Below, one piece after another: positions 11,331 through 22,396 of a DNA stretch of 53,721 nt; within the stretch, counting starts at the first letter, position 1; every line of letters begins with the position of its first letter. This DNA is from Microcystaceae cyanobacterium (GTDB lineage: Bacteria > Cyanobacteriota > Cyanobacteriia > Cyanobacteriales > Microcystaceae). The DNA lies in assembly GCA_041746575.1 (NCBI GenBank), contig JBGTGT010000083.1, forward strand, positions 1 to 53,721, written 5' to 3'. The notes beneath the pieces are model-generated. The model saw only the letters and a list, made by a program, of their open reading frames with translations. It made no database searches and was not told where the DNA came from. The position numbers were made by a program, and so were the translations under genes.

Positions 11331-12023
11331 TTAAACTTGAAAAATAAAGGTAACGAGATCCCCTTTACCTAGACTAACGCGATCGCCACTGCGTAAACGA
11401 TGACGATTACCTTGAGGGAGAGGAGTATGATTAACGTAAGTCCCGTTAGAACTGCCCATATCCTCCAAATAATAGGCATCTCCTTCCACTCGAATATCCG
11501 CATGAATGCGAGAAACCACTTCAGAATTGGGGAAACCCGATACATCAACGTCAGGAGGAATACGATCATTCGGTTTGCCCATGTGAATAACGCTTAAATC
11601 CAGAGGTAATTCAATACGGGTTTGAGTTTGAACGTGCAGTAAACTTGCCGCATAGACTTGTAATTGCGTCGCTGAAACCATAGGAGAGGGGGCAGGGATT
11701 GGGTCGACTTCCGCCATCACAGACGTTTCTGCTGTTTCTTCGGCGTTCGTTTCTTCTTCATCCCAAGGAGAGGGAACAGTTTGATGATTAATCATAGCTG
11801 TTGGAATGTTCTCATTTTCTGCCTTTTCCGCCCCATTTGTCTCCGGAGAAGCCTTAATCGGCTGTAAATTATAACCGCATTGTCCACAAAACGTAGCATC
11901 CGTTTGGATAGATGCGCCACAACTAGGACAGGCTATCAGTTGCGGTAAATCGGTGTAACAGGCTTCACATTGAGTTGCGCCATCAGGGTTAACATGATTA
12001 CAGTTCGGACAGTCAATCATCAT
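11331..12023 (-). CDS. Double zinc ribbon plus FHA domain protein
   Basis: Four CxxC pairs; VSRIHA, DMGSSNGTYVN FHA motifs. Confidence 0.88.
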   Translation of the reverse strand: MMIDCPNCNHVNPDGATQCEACYTDLPQLIACPSCGASIQTDATFCGQCGYNLQPIKASPETNGAEKAENENIPTAMINHQTVPSPWDEEETNAEETAETSVMAEVDPIPAPSPMVSATQLQVYAASLLHVQTQTRIELPLDLSVIHMGKPNDRIPPDVDVSGFPNSEVVSRIHADIRVEGDAYYLEDMGSSNGTYVNHTPLPQGNRHRLRSGDRVSLGKGDLVTFIFQV

Positions 12024-12106
12024 ACGTTAATCGATAAATAAGGAATACGTCCGTTAGTGACTGAATACAGACCCAAATTTTAGGACGTTAGGGAACTTAG
12101 CTGTCA

Positions 12107-12838
12107 TCAATGAGAGAGAGGAGTTAACGCCCCACCTGCCGCTTGATCTAATAACCACCAAAGTTGACCTTGAGGACAAACAAAGCGAGACGGATACTCA
12201 TTTCCATCGCCCTCGGGTGCAAAAATAGCCGCCAAGGCCGGTCGTTTATTTTCTCCTGATACTAGGAAAATGACCCGATGAGCCTGATTAATGAGGGGAA
12301 AGGTGAACGTCAAGCGAGGTTCTCCCCCTTTACTACCCACCGCAATCAAGCGATCTTTGACCTTAAGGGCTTCAGTTTGAGGAAAAAGCGAGGCCGTGTG
12401 ACCATCATCTCCCATCCCCAATAAAATTAAGTCAAAAGCCGGAATAGCAGGACTAGGACAGTTAAACACACGGCGGATTTCAGCTTCGTAGGCGGTTGCA
12501 TCTTTTTCGGGATCCGCTGACTGAGTCGGCACAGGATGAATCTGAGTAGAGGACATGGGAACATGATTTAACCAAGCTCGACGGGCCATTCCTTCGTTAC
12601 TATCGGCGTGATCCGGCGCAACATAGCGTTCGTCCGACCAAAAAACGTCAATTTTGTGCCAAGGCAATGCTTTTTGAGAGAGGGCTTCGTAGAGCGGTTT
12701 GGGCGTACTACCTCCCGCTAAAGCTAGGGTAAAACGGTCTTGAGTGGCGAGAGCGGTGGTGATTTGGTCAGTGATCAGATTGAGCGATCGCTCAATTAAA
12801 GCGGTTTTATCGGGCAGAATTTCAACCAGTTTACTCAT
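12107..12838 (-). CDS. pgl: 6-phosphogluconolactonase
   Basis: LAGGSTP, FWSDERYV, SNEGM, LLGMGDDGHTASLFP. Confidence 0.93.
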   Translation of the reverse strand: MSKLVEILPDKTALIERSLNLITDQITTALATQDRFTLALAGGSTPKPLYEALSQKALPWHKIDVFWSDERYVAPDHADSNEGMARRAWLNHVPMSSTQIHPVPTQSADPEKDATAYEAEIRRVFNCPSPAIPAFDLILLGMGDDGHTASLFPQTEALKVKDRLIAVGSKGGEPRLTFTFPLINQAHRVIFLVSGENKRPALAAIFAPEGDGNEYPSRFVCPQGQLWWLLDQAAGGALTPLSH

Positions 12839-13038
12839 AGAAAATTAAAATTAGGATCTGAGCCATTAATGATCAAGAAAGAAGCGTGCTAACTTAAAGA
12901 CTATAACTTCACTTCTCAAGTGTGCGGTTTAACTATATTATATTGGGCAGAATCAGATCCTCTCGGTGATGTTTGGATTGTTTTAATCTGACGATTCGAG
13001 ATAAACCTATCTAAATTAATCCTTTAGCTGTAAAATTT

Positions 13039-13836
13039 ATGAATTTTTCTGCTTACACTTCCCTCGCTTTAAAACTAATTGGGATCATCTTTATTTTGTC
13101 AGCTTTCCTTGATTACGTCACCCTTGCTTTTCCTCTACAGTGGCAAAATCCTCAGTGGCAAATCGGGTTCGTTACCAGTATTGTAGATAGAGGAATTGTC
13201 CCTATGGTGGGCATTGCCTGTATTCTAATCGCTTATTGGATGGATATGACCACGGGGGCCGGAGGAAAGCCCTCTAAGCTGGATTTACGCTTGCCCACTT
13301 ATGCGGTCGCCAGTGTTCTAGGTTTATTGTTTCTGCTCATGGTGCCGCTTCATCTCAATAATTTAGGTCAAGCTCAGACCGCCGCACTTCAGCGAATTGA
13401 ACAGGGGGCAGATCAAGGCGCTCAACAAATTACCACTTTTCTTAATCAAGTTGACCGCTTGTCTAAAAATCCCCAACGACTTAATCAAGAAATCGTTCAA
13501 CGAACTCAGGTCATTGAAACCGGGCAGTTACAGGGACAACAACTCACCGCCCAACAAATTGATACTTTGCGTCAACAACGGGATCAATTGCAGGAGTTAA
13601 AAAATCTCTCCCAAAACCCCCAAGAATATAAAAAACGAATTGACCAAATTAAAAATACTTTACAAACCCAACTGGCTGAACGGAAACGTGAGGCTGAAGG
13701 CCAAGCAAAACAACAAGCGATCAAGCAAGGCATTCGGATTGGGATGAGTAGCTTAATGTTGGCTATTGGTTATAGTGCGATTGGCTGGTTTGGCTTACGC
13801 AACTTAAAAAACATCCCGACCGATAAAGGGAGATAG
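13039..13836 (+). CDS. HpsJ-like membrane protein with a Gln-rich coiled coil
   Basis: TM helices, WQIGFVTSIVDRGIVPMVG, PLHLNN, Q-rich periplasmic region, C-terminal TM. Confidence 0.65.
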   Translation: MNFSAYTSLALKLIGIIFILSAFLDYVTLAFPLQWQNPQWQIGFVTSIVDRGIVPMVGIACILIAYWMDMTTGAGGKPSKLDLRLPTYAVASVLGLLFLLMVPLHLNNLGQAQTAALQRIEQGADQGAQQITTFLNQVDRLSKNPQRLNQEIVQRTQVIETGQLQGQQLTAQQIDTLRQQRDQLQELKNLSQNPQEYKKRIDQIKNTLQTQLAERKREAEGQAKQQAIKQGIRIGMSSLMLAIGYSAIGWFGLRNLKNIPTDKGR

Positions 13837-14099
13837 ACTGAGAAACACTTTAAAAAAATTAACAATCTGGGGGGGCAGAGTCACGAGATCCTCCCTTATT
13901 TTTTGGGAGCTAGTAAGGTTTAATAGCATAAATAAGGACTGTTTTCCGCCTTTTTGCGTTTTTTTAAAGCTAAAGCCTTCCCTAAAGAAAATCCGTCGAT
14001 TAATGTCAAGACTTGTTAAAATTATTAAGCAAGCTTCCCCTGTTCATCACGTTACCGCCGACCGTCCCTATCGCCTTTGGCAATTTCTCGATAAATTCT

Positions 14100-14864
14100 A
14101 TGGAGTATCTGCGTTCTCGGCTTCAACGCTTTAGACAAGATTTAAAAAATGATCTCATCGCCGGTCTTTTGGTTGTTATCCCTTTGGCAACGACGATTTG
14201 GTTGACCCTTACCATCTCGACATGGGTAATTAATCTTCTAACGCGAATTCCGAAACAAGTTAATCCCTTTGACGGACTTGACCCCCTTTTGAGCAATTTA
14301 CTCAATATCGGGGTAGGATTGACTGTTCCATTGCTTTTTATCCTGATTATTGGCTTAATGGCGCGCAATATTGCGGGGCGTTGGTTATTAGACTTCGGTG
14401 AACGCCTTTTACAATCGATTCCTCTTGCCGGCTCGGTTTATAAAACCCTGCAACAAATCCTAGAAACGCTCTTTAAAGATTCTAAAACCAAGTTTCGACG
14501 GGTAGTGATGGTAGAATACCCCCGCAAAGGGGTCTGGAGTATTGGTTTTGTGACAGGAACGCTGAGTAATCCGCTACAATCTCATTTAGACCAACCGATG
14601 TTAAGCGTCTTTATTCCTACGACTCCTAACCCAACCTCTGGATGGTATGCGATTGTTTCAGAAGAAGATGTGATTAATGTGCCGATTTCCATTGAAGAAG
14701 CGTTCAAGGTGTTAATTTCGGGTGGGATTGTTAGTCCTAATGGTACACTGGCGAATCCGAATATTTTACCCTCTCAAAAAGCCCCGTCAACGTTGGCCTT
14801 AGAACGAAGCGTTTTACAAGATAAACATCCAGCTATGCCCTTAGAATTTGAAGAAAATTCTTAA
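14100..14864 (+). CDS. DUF502 domain membrane protein
   Basis: GLLVVIPLATT, IPLAGSVYK, VEYPRKG, VFIPTTPNPTSGW, ISGG. Confidence 0.88.
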   Translation: MEYLRSRLQRFRQDLKNDLIAGLLVVIPLATTIWLTLTISTWVINLLTRIPKQVNPFDGLDPLLSNLLNIGVGLTVPLLFILIIGLMARNIAGRWLLDFGERLLQSIPLAGSVYKTLQQILETLFKDSKTKFRRVVMVEYPRKGVWSIGFVTGTLSNPLQSHLDQPMLSVFIPTTPNPTSGWYAIVSEEDVINVPISIEEAFKVLISGGIVSPNGTLANPNILPSQKAPSTLALERSVLQDKHPAMPLEFEENS

Positions 14865-14889
14865 ATTGATTAAACTTTAAGCGATTATT

Positions 14890-15528
14890 ATGCCCCCTCG
14901 CCAACATCCCCGTCGTATTGCCCGTGAACTCGCTCTCCTCAGCTTGAGTCAAATTAAAGGGAGTGAAGAAAAACTAGAACAGACTCACCTCAATGATTTG
15001 ATTTTAGTGGCAATTCGGACTTTGACTGGAGAAATTCAAGAAACCTTAGAAATAGCGGCCAGCGAGGTAACAAAAGGCAATGAAAAGCTTTTACAGACTG
15101 AAACTCGGCTCAACACCCAAGAAAGTGCTAAAGAAATGGTCAAAGAAGCCCTAGAATTATCTCAAAAAGCGATTAATCGCTTAGGCACTGTCCTCGAATT
15201 GCCCGAAATGATTCAGTTGGCAAGTCAGCATGAAGTGAGAAGTTACACTCTTGACTTAATTGGAACTGTGCGTCGTCGTGGCTCAGAAATTGATGAAAAA
15301 TTAGATGGCGTAATGGTCGATTGGCAATTAAAGCGATTACCGAGAATTGACCGAGATATTCTCCGAATTGCAGTTGCTGAAATGTCTTTCTTAGAAATTC
15401 CACCAAAGGTGGCTATTAACGAATCGGTAGAATTGGCTAAACGCTATTCGGATGAGGAAGGATACCGCTTTATCAATGGCGTTTTAAGAAAAGTGGTTGA
15501 TCACTCCCGTCAATCCATCAAACCGTAA
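14890..15528 (+). CDS. nusB: Transcription antitermination factor NusB
   Basis: [43 protein letters not shown]. Confidence 0.94.
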   Translation: MPPRQHPRRIARELALLSLSQIKGSEEKLEQTHLNDLILVAIRTLTGEIQETLEIAASEVTKGNEKLLQTETRLNTQESAKEMVKEALELSQKAINRLGTVLELPEMIQLASQHEVRSYTLDLIGTVRRRGSEIDEKLDGVMVDWQLKRLPRIDRDILRIAVAEMSFLEIPPKVAINESVELAKRYSDEEGYRFINGVLRKVVDHSRQSIKP

Positions 15529-15542
15529 ACCGTAATTTGTCA

Positions 15543-16913
15543 TTATCTTTCTTCTAAAAAAGTTTTTACTTCGCCTTTGGGAGTTAAAACTAAGCGAATT
15601 GTTTCGTTTTCTAGCAAGTCCGAAGGAGAAACAAAGGGTTGTCCCACAGAAGGCATAGCTGTTTTAGATTGATAGAGAATTGCCGCTTTGCCTAAAGGAG
15701 TAATCTTTGTTAAAGAACCATTTTGAGCTAAAATAAGGCGATATTCGAGTGTTTGCTTCAATTCAGTAGGAGGATTCCAGTTTTTTTCAAAATAAGTTCT
15801 AATTTCTGTTACTTGGGGAATTGGTTCTAATAAGCCTCGTTGAGGAATTGGCGAAGGGGAGGCAGATTTTTGCCGAGCTTGTAACGTATTGTCTTTGTTA
15901 TCTTTAAGGGGGGGCAACTGCGGAAAATTGACATCGGGAATCACAGGTTGTCCTGTGGGCGGGCTTAAATTCGGCTCAGCGGTTGCTTGTTTGGGAGAGG
16001 GAATAATAGTAATTTGATTGCTCCCTGAGGGAGCTTGGGGCGTAAGGGTAATCACTTGTCGCGGCGGAGCAGGGGGAACAACGGGAGAAGGGGGAAGAAC
16101 GGCATTAGGGGGGATAACCAAAGGATTGCGAGAAGGACGAGACGGCGTGGGCAGGTTTTCCGCCGAGGGAGGGGGCGGCAATTGTTCTTTAGACGCTAAA
16201 TTGGGCGGCACATTAGGACTCGGCAGAATTTCTTTAGGGGCAGGCGGAACAGGAGGAGTTACGTCGAGAAAGGAATTATCAGGCTCAGGTTTAGTGGTTT
16301 TGCTAGCAACAGGGGAATTTTTCTCAGATTGAGCTTGAAACCAAGGAATCCAGATGGTGGGAATAGCAAGAGCCAGTAAAACAGTGGCCGCTAAACTGCC
16401 CCAAAGCAGCAATGTCTGACGTTGGGTTGATCGAGAAAGAGACGGCAGGAGGTGCAGATCGGTTTGATAATCTTCTAAGGTATTGGCTAAGTCAAATAAT
16501 TGAGAAGAACTGAGTTTGACCGTCTGATGATTTGTATTTTGCCCTAATTCCCCTAAATTGAGTTCATGAAACAAGCGATCCGTCGGCTGTAAACTGAGAT
16601 GGGTTAAGGTGGAAGAAGTGGCTTCCTGTGGCAGATTAATAGTGGAAGACGACGGAATAAAGCTTTGCCCCAAAAAATTCTGCACATATTGACCGACCAC
16701 TTCACATAATGCTTCTAATTCGTGATGATTTCCCTTAATTGAAACCTGTTCGTGATCGAGCAGGCGGGGATCATCAAAATTCAGTTCAAATTGTAACGCT
16801 TGGACAATTGGGCGATTCAGCCAGCGGGATAGAGGCGAGGCTTTGGCGATAATATTCAAGCTACAGGTGGGGGGGGTATAGCGACGAATAATATTCGGTT
16901 GATTAGACATCAT
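15543..16913 (-). CDS. DUF4335-type cyanobacterial membrane protein with Pro-rich linker and TonB-C-like C-terminus
   Basis: RRYTPPTCSL, FDDPRL, QLFDLANTL, single TM, Pro-rich region, W.PP...LEYRL. Confidence 0.65.
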   Translation of the reverse strand: MMSNQPNIIRRYTPPTCSLNIIAKASPLSRWLNRPIVQALQFELNFDDPRLLDHEQVSIKGNHHELEALCEVVGQYVQNFLGQSFIPSSSTINLPQEATSSTLTHLSLQPTDRLFHELNLGELGQNTNHQTVKLSSSQLFDLANTLEDYQTDLHLLPSLSRSTQRQTLLLWGSLAATVLLALAIPTIWIPWFQAQSEKNSPVASKTTKPEPDNSFLDVTPPVPPAPKEILPSPNVPPNLASKEQLPPPPSAENLPTPSRPSRNPLVIPPNAVLPPSPVVPPAPPRQVITLTPQAPSGSNQITIIPSPKQATAEPNLSPPTGQPVIPDVNFPQLPPLKDNKDNTLQARQKSASPSPIPQRGLLEPIPQVTEIRTYFEKNWNPPTELKQTLEYRLILAQNGSLTKITPLGKAAILYQSKTAMPSVGQPFVSPSDLLENETIRLVLTPKGEVKTFLEER

Positions 16914-17010
16914 TTTAAAGATTATAATTTAAGAATTAGGAGTTTAAAATTCGGCAAAGATTAATCCTGCGAGACTTTAAATTTTGTCAATTCTGAGCAG
17001 GAATGAGAGG

Positions 17011-17607
17011 TTAGGGATTAGGATTGACGGAATGATCTAATAAAGCTAGCCAAAGACGACGATGACCGTTTTTGCCACTATAAAAAAGTAAATCAATTAA
17101 TAATTTTAAAGCTAAATCGGATAAGGAATGACCCGAAAACTGAGCGTTTTCATTCATGCGCTCCCCATACAAATGAGCAAAATTATCAAGATAATCCCCT
17201 AAAATTGAAGTTCGAGACGGATCTTCTTGGCGAATCGTTATCTGTTCTAATAAATTAACTGCCCGACGGATTAACTCTTGATGTTCATGGGCAAGATAAC
17301 CAATAATTAACACAAACGATCGCGCTTCTTCTACATCCAACTTTTTACGTCCTGCCGCGCTTTTTCGTAAGGGATTGGATTGTCGTAATCGCCACAGACT
17401 AATGCGATCGCCGATAACATCCTCTAAGTTTAATTTTTGGGCGGCTTGAATCATGGACTCTGAGCCAATATTCGCTAGGGCTTCTAGGGCAATTAAAATT
17501 AAATCAAGATGGGCTTTAATATTTTCTAATTGTTCCCCATTCGGGAGTTTTTTCAGGGGAAAATCCTCTTGATTAAGGGTTACTTTAGTAGATTTCGCAG
17601 TCATCAT
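17011..17607 (-). CDS. DUF3038 family protein
   Basis: LDLILIALEAL, LWRLRQSNPLR, LLIDLLFYSG..G..RLW.AL. Confidence 0.75.
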   Translation of the reverse strand: MMTAKSTKVTLNQEDFPLKKLPNGEQLENIKAHLDLILIALEALANIGSESMIQAAQKLNLEDVIGDRISLWRLRQSNPLRKSAAGRKKLDVEEARSFVLIIGYLAHEHQELIRRAVNLLEQITIRQEDPSRTSILGDYLDNFAHLYGERMNENAQFSGHSLSDLALKLLIDLLFYSGKNGHRRLWLALLDHSVNPNP

Positions 17608-17829
17608 AAATGAGCAAGTTAAAGTCTAAAATAAGGGAAAAAATCCCAGTAACATTAGAGGCAACTTTGATAGGATTGTCCTCTCTTCTTTCCCTATCTC
17701 CCGACTTCCGACGTTCCGCCTTATTCATGATTCTATACAGAGTCAATCGAATTAAGTATTACTGGTCACGGGTTACAGCAATATGAGAGAATAAGGATCA
17801 GTGCGTTAGCCATCAGAGGAGATACATTT

Positions 17830-19371
17830 GTGTTCGGGTTTAAGCCACAAAGATCATGGATTGCCACCGTTATTGTAGCGGTTCTTTTATTCTTTTTAGG
17901 GGGATGTAGCGATCGCCTCTCCGCCTCAGCTCCTCCCCTAGAAACCGCTTCCCCACCCGTTGTAACAGCAAAATTACAAGAAGTTGCTCCTCCGTCGGTG
18001 ATTCAAGCCTTAAATAAAAGTTTAGACCAATATCAGCCTCAAGTCCGCATTCTGAGTCCTCAACCCAACCAATTTCTCTCTGATACCACGGTTGATGTCA
18101 CCTTAGCGGTTCAAGATTTTCCTATCTTTAAGGATAAAACGCTAGAAATGGGTCCAAATTTACATTTTATTCTTGACAATGAACCTTATCAGACGATTTA
18201 TGACCTCAGTCAACCGATTACTCTAACAGATTTATCCCCCGGTACTCACACCTTACGAGTCTTTGCCGCTCGTCCTTGGCACGAAAGCTTTAAAAATGAG
18301 GGAGCTTATGCTCAAACCACTTTTCATGTATTTACTCAAACCGAGCATCATGCACCTGACCCGAATTTACCGCTTTTGACCTACAATCAGCCCAAAGGGA
18401 ATTATGGCGCAGAACCCATTTTGATCGATTTCTATCTGACGAATGCACCGCTACACGTCGCCGCTCTAGAAAATGAATCCCTTGCTGATTGGCGAATTCG
18501 AGTCACCGTCAATGGTGAAAGCTTTTTGCTGGACAATTGGCAACCCATTTACTTAAAAGGTTTTGAAAAAGGCGCAAATTGGATCAAATTAGAGTTTTTG
18601 GACGAACAAGGCAATACAGTTGATAATGCGTTTAATAATACGGCTCGCTTGATCACCTATACCCCTAAAGGCGCAGATACCCTTTCTAAGCTTGTGAGAG
18701 GGGATATTTCGGCAGAAATGGCTTATTCTATCGTTAATATGAAGGCACCGGTTGTCATTCCTCCTTTTGAGATCCCACCCGTGGAAATTATCGAAGAAGA
18801 AATACCCGAAGAGGCAGTGATAGAAGAAGTTCCTCCTGAAATAATAGAAGAAACCTCAAAAGATGAAGTAGAAATTCCCTCAGAAACTGAGCCAACACCG
18901 ATAGAAAGCCCATCGGAAACCAAACCTCAGCCTATTTTATTAGAACCGCAAGAAACAGAAATTCTTCTTCTCGTTCCCGAATCCGTCACTGAGGATGAAG
19001 CTGAAAATACGCCCCCAGTTACGGAGAAGCCCCAAAAAGAACTCCCCCCCGTAGAAATTATTGAAAAACCTCAAATATTAATGCCGACAGAAACCGTAGA
19101 AAAACCATCTGAAGAAGAGGATCTTTCTGACTTAAATTCAACCGATTTACAATTAAAATTATTGGAATCTATTGAACAATTAGAAAAAAGATTAGATGAT
19201 CTCGAAACAATAAGACAACCCGAAATTAAACCGATACTCATTCCTTTAGAAAAAAGCGATCTGCCAGAGCTTAAAATTCCCAATTCTTCTCCTCCTCAAG
19301 AATCGGTGCAAGATAATCTCAAAAATCGCTTGAAAAAATGGCGAGAATTATTACAAAATGCTCAATCCTAA
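17830..19371 (+). CDS. Conserved cyanobacterial lipoprotein with acidic Pro/Glu-rich C-terminus
   Basis: Lipobox LGGC, PGTHTLRVFAARPWHESFKNEGA, long E/P-rich tail; AGAGGAG RBS before GTG. Confidence 0.75.
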   Translation: MFGFKPQRSWIATVIVAVLLFFLGGCSDRLSASAPPLETASPPVVTAKLQEVAPPSVIQALNKSLDQYQPQVRILSPQPNQFLSDTTVDVTLAVQDFPIFKDKTLEMGPNLHFILDNEPYQTIYDLSQPITLTDLSPGTHTLRVFAARPWHESFKNEGAYAQTTFHVFTQTEHHAPDPNLPLLTYNQPKGNYGAEPILIDFYLTNAPLHVAALENESLADWRIRVTVNGESFLLDNWQPIYLKGFEKGANWIKLEFLDEQGNTVDNAFNNTARLITYTPKGADTLSKLVRGDISAEMAYSIVNMKAPVVIPPFEIPPVEIIEEEIPEEAVIEEVPPEIIEETSKDEVEIPSETEPTPIESPSETKPQPILLEPQETEILLLVPESVTEDEAENTPPVTEKPQKELPPVEIIEKPQILMPTETVEKPSEEEDLSDLNSTDLQLKLLESIEQLEKRLDDLETIRQPEIKPILIPLEKSDLPELKIPNSSPPQESVQDNLKNRLKKWRELLQNAQS

Positions 19372-19514
19372 ACGCTTTAATTGAGTCGTAAACAATAGAT
19401 TCTTGTGCTAATCTAAGAATCCACCCTCTAAAAATCCAAAATCGAGCTAGATACCGATAGCGTTTTAAATTGTAGGCTAAAGTCTTGATAGGGTCAATAC
19501 AATGGAGTGAAGTT

Positions 19515-20891
19515 ATGCAATCGCGCACCATAAGAGAAGGCAGTGTCGGATTATTTGCTATTTTAGGGTTAATTCTCTTGGGGGGATTGGTCGTCTGGTT
19601 AAGGGGGGGAGGATTGGGTCGCACGAGCTATCAAATTCAAGCTAGTTTTGAAGATGTTAGTGGTTTACAGTTGGGGGCACCCGTTAACTATCGAGGGGTT
19701 ACTGTAGGACGAATTGCCGGATTAATGCCGGGTAGCAATGAGGTCAATGTTATCTTAGAAATCGATTCTACGGACTTAAAAATTCCCCGTCAAGTAAAGA
19801 TTCAAGCCAACCGTTATGGACTCATTGGAGAAGCTTCGGTGGACATTACTCCCTTAGAAACCCTTTCTGAGCAAGCTTTAAAGATTGACCCTCATAGCGA
19901 AGAATGTGGCGACAAAAATTTAATTTTATGCGATGAAACTCAATTGCAAGGGGAATCGGGTTCTCAATTGATTGACAGTTTAACTCGTCTCAGTGAAGCC
20001 TATAGTGATCCTCGATTTATTGCTAACATTAATGAAACGGCTAAGAATGCAGCTATTGTGGGTAAGAAAATCGCAAAACTAGCGGATGAAATGACTTTAC
20101 TAACTCAAAACACTCGCCAAGAAATCCGAGGAATTTCGGAAACCACAGCAGCAATTCAGGGAACAGCTAACCGTGCTTCTGGCTTAATTGAAAATTTAGA
20201 TAAAACGGTCACTACTAATCAAAAAGGTCTGCAAACAACGATTGATAATGCGTCAACTTTGGTCAAGGATTTAAACGAAACTGTAACGGAAAATCGTGCT
20301 AATATTCGTCGGACGTTAATCGGTATTGAAAAAACCACTAATGAGCTTCAACGGTTAGCGTTGGACCTAGATGTAACGGTCAATCAAGTTAATAGCGGAC
20401 TTTCGACTTTGAATACTACAGCAATCGCTGAAAATATTGACTCTATTTTAGCGAATACTTCTCAGACGTCTGCTAATCTTCGTCAACTTTCTGATACGCT
20501 AAATGATCCGGCTAATATTATTGCCATTCAAAAAACGCTTGATTCTGCTAGAGCAACTTTTGAAAATACACAAAAAATTACAGCAGATGTTGAAGAGTTA
20601 ATTGGTGATCCGGTTTTAAGAAATAATCTTCGCAAGATGATCAATGGGTTAAGTGATCTCGTTTCTTCAACAGAGCAACTCGAACAACAAGTTGTTGCCT
20701 TAAAACAGCTTAATGTTCAGACGATACCGGCCGATTCTCCTTCGGTTTCAGTGCGTTTAACGCCTTTTGTTCCTTCTAATAAGATGTTGCCAATTCATCC
20801 TAAAACCACCCGTTATCAATTAGCCCCTTTGCCAAAAGATCAAAACCGCCTAAAACACCCCCGATTTTTAACTCAAGTTAAAGAAGATTAA
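19515..20891 (+). CDS. MlaD/MCE family protein (Ycf22-like)
   Basis: REGSVGLF TM, GLQLGAPVNYRGVTVG.I, GLIGEASVDITP, long helical region. Confidence 0.88.
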   Translation: MQSRTIREGSVGLFAILGLILLGGLVVWLRGGGLGRTSYQIQASFEDVSGLQLGAPVNYRGVTVGRIAGLMPGSNEVNVILEIDSTDLKIPRQVKIQANRYGLIGEASVDITPLETLSEQALKIDPHSEECGDKNLILCDETQLQGESGSQLIDSLTRLSEAYSDPRFIANINETAKNAAIVGKKIAKLADEMTLLTQNTRQEIRGISETTAAIQGTANRASGLIENLDKTVTTNQKGLQTTIDNASTLVKDLNETVTENRANIRRTLIGIEKTTNELQRLALDLDVTVNQVNSGLSTLNTTAIAENIDSILANTSQTSANLRQLSDTLNDPANIIAIQKTLDSARATFENTQKITADVEELIGDPVLRNNLRKMINGLSDLVSSTEQLEQQVVALKQLNVQTIPADSPSVSVRLTPFVPSNKMLPIHPKTTRYQLAPLPKDQNRLKHPRFLTQVKED

Positions 20892-21055
20892 GCCCGTTTG
20901 ATCTATCTCATGGTTTTTATGTTAACTGTTGTTAAATAATAAAAGTACAAGTACAAAAGACGAAGCAATTTCTTTCAATCGGAAGATGTTCTCTTCTTTT
21001 TTGTGTGTCATCTTGGAACGGAAAATGGCAAGGTGGTTGCTAAGGAGAAAAGCCA

Positions 21056-22093
21056 GTGAATCTCAGTCGGCGTGATTTAATCAGAATTGCCTCAACATCG
21101 GGTTTAGGCGTTATTGGACTAGCGGCCGCTCAAAAAAGCCTAAATTCGCTTTCGTCGTCTCCACAAACCTTAGCTATGGACGCAAACCCTGAAAAAATGC
21201 TCTATCGAACATTAGGACGTACCGGAGAACAAGTCTCGTTGATCGGTTTGGGGGGTCACCATATTGGACGAATAGCGGATGCTTCCGAAGCAATCTCACT
21301 GATGCGAAAAGCCCTTGAACACGGTATTAATTTTTGGGATAATTGTTGGGATTATCATCAAGGAGAGAGTGAAATCCGCATGGGAAAAGCACTGCAAGGG
21401 GGCTACCGAGATCGGGTTTTTTTGATGACCAAAATTGACGGTCGTACGAAAGAGGCCGCCGCTCAGCAGATTGATGAATCGCTCAAACGTTTGCAGACTG
21501 ACCGGATCGATTTACTACAACATCATGAAGTAATTCGCCTAGAAGACCCTGATCGTATCTTTGCCGAAGGGGGGTCAATGGAAGCTGTTGTAGCCGCACA
21601 AAAAGCAGGGAAAGTTCGTTACATCGGTTTTACGGGACATAAAGATCCCCTTGTTCACCTGAGAATGCTAGAAATTGCCGATCAAAATCAATTTCGCTTT
21701 GATGCTGTGCAGATGCCCTTAAATGTCATGGATGCCCATTTTCGCAGTTTTGAGCAACGAGTTCTGCCCATTTTGCTTAAAAATGAGATTGGGGTATTGG
21801 GTATGAAATCGATGGGAGACAATTATATTCTTAAAAGTAAGGTCGTTAGCCCAATTGAGTGTCTGCACTATGCGATGAATCTGCCCACCTCAACGGTGAT
21901 TACAGGCATTGAGAGTCAAGCCATTCTCGATCAAGCGATTGAAGCTGTTCGCACGTTTCAACCGATGAGCCAAGAACAAGTGGTGGCTTTACTGGCGAGA
22001 ACTCAGAAATGGGCAGTTGGAGGAGAATACGAATTATTCAAGACAACGAGTCAATTCGACGGGACGGCTAAGAATCCTGAATGGTTAGGTTGA
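21056..22093 (+). CDS. Aldo/keto reductase with N-terminal twin-arginine signal
   Basis: AAGGAG RBS before GTG; SRRDLI; YRTLGRTG, GINFWDNCWDY, SLKRLQTDRIDL..H, GKVRYIGFTGH. Confidence 0.88.
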   Translation: MNLSRRDLIRIASTSGLGVIGLAAAQKSLNSLSSSPQTLAMDANPEKMLYRTLGRTGEQVSLIGLGGHHIGRIADASEAISLMRKALEHGINFWDNCWDYHQGESEIRMGKALQGGYRDRVFLMTKIDGRTKEAAAQQIDESLKRLQTDRIDLLQHHEVIRLEDPDRIFAEGGSMEAVVAAQKAGKVRYIGFTGHKDPLVHLRMLEIADQNQFRFDAVQMPLNVMDAHFRSFEQRVLPILLKNEIGVLGMKSMGDNYILKSKVVSPIECLHYAMNLPTSTVITGIESQAILDQAIEAVRTFQPMSQEQVVALLARTQKWAVGGEYELFKTTSQFDGTAKNPEWLG

Positions 22094-22196
22094 TACTCTA
22101 CTTTTTCCCCTAAAAACGGGAAATTCGGAGTTCAATAAACTTGAGTGCGATCGCCACTGGTTTGCTGAAATTAAATATTTTTTACTTCTTAAAGTT

Positions 22197-22396
22197 ACGT
22201 GAGTTCGACGAGGGCAATTATCTTAATCCTTTTGTTCATTCTAGTTTATTGGGATTAGGAAAAGAAAAACAAATTCTTGATTGGGGGACTAGCCCCCCTA
22301 ACCCCCCAACGGGGGACGGAGTGCCTCCCCCGCACCCCCTGCACAAAAAAATTAAATAAAGAAGTCTCGTAGATTTTTTGATGGTCGAACTCACGT
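22197..22396. mobile_element. 200-bp MITE (non-autonomous element, AC...GT ends, possibly IS982-related)
   Basis: Perfect 13-bp TIR ACGTGAGTTCGAC (22197-22209) / GTCGAACTCACGT (22384-22396); 7-bp direct repeat TAAAGTT at 22190-22196 and 22397-22403; no transposase. Confidence 0.85.

Noticed and set aside
16018..16332. Gly-rich 104-aa ORF resembling a bacteriocin precursor
   Set aside because: Antisense mirror of Pro codons in the DUF4335-type gene
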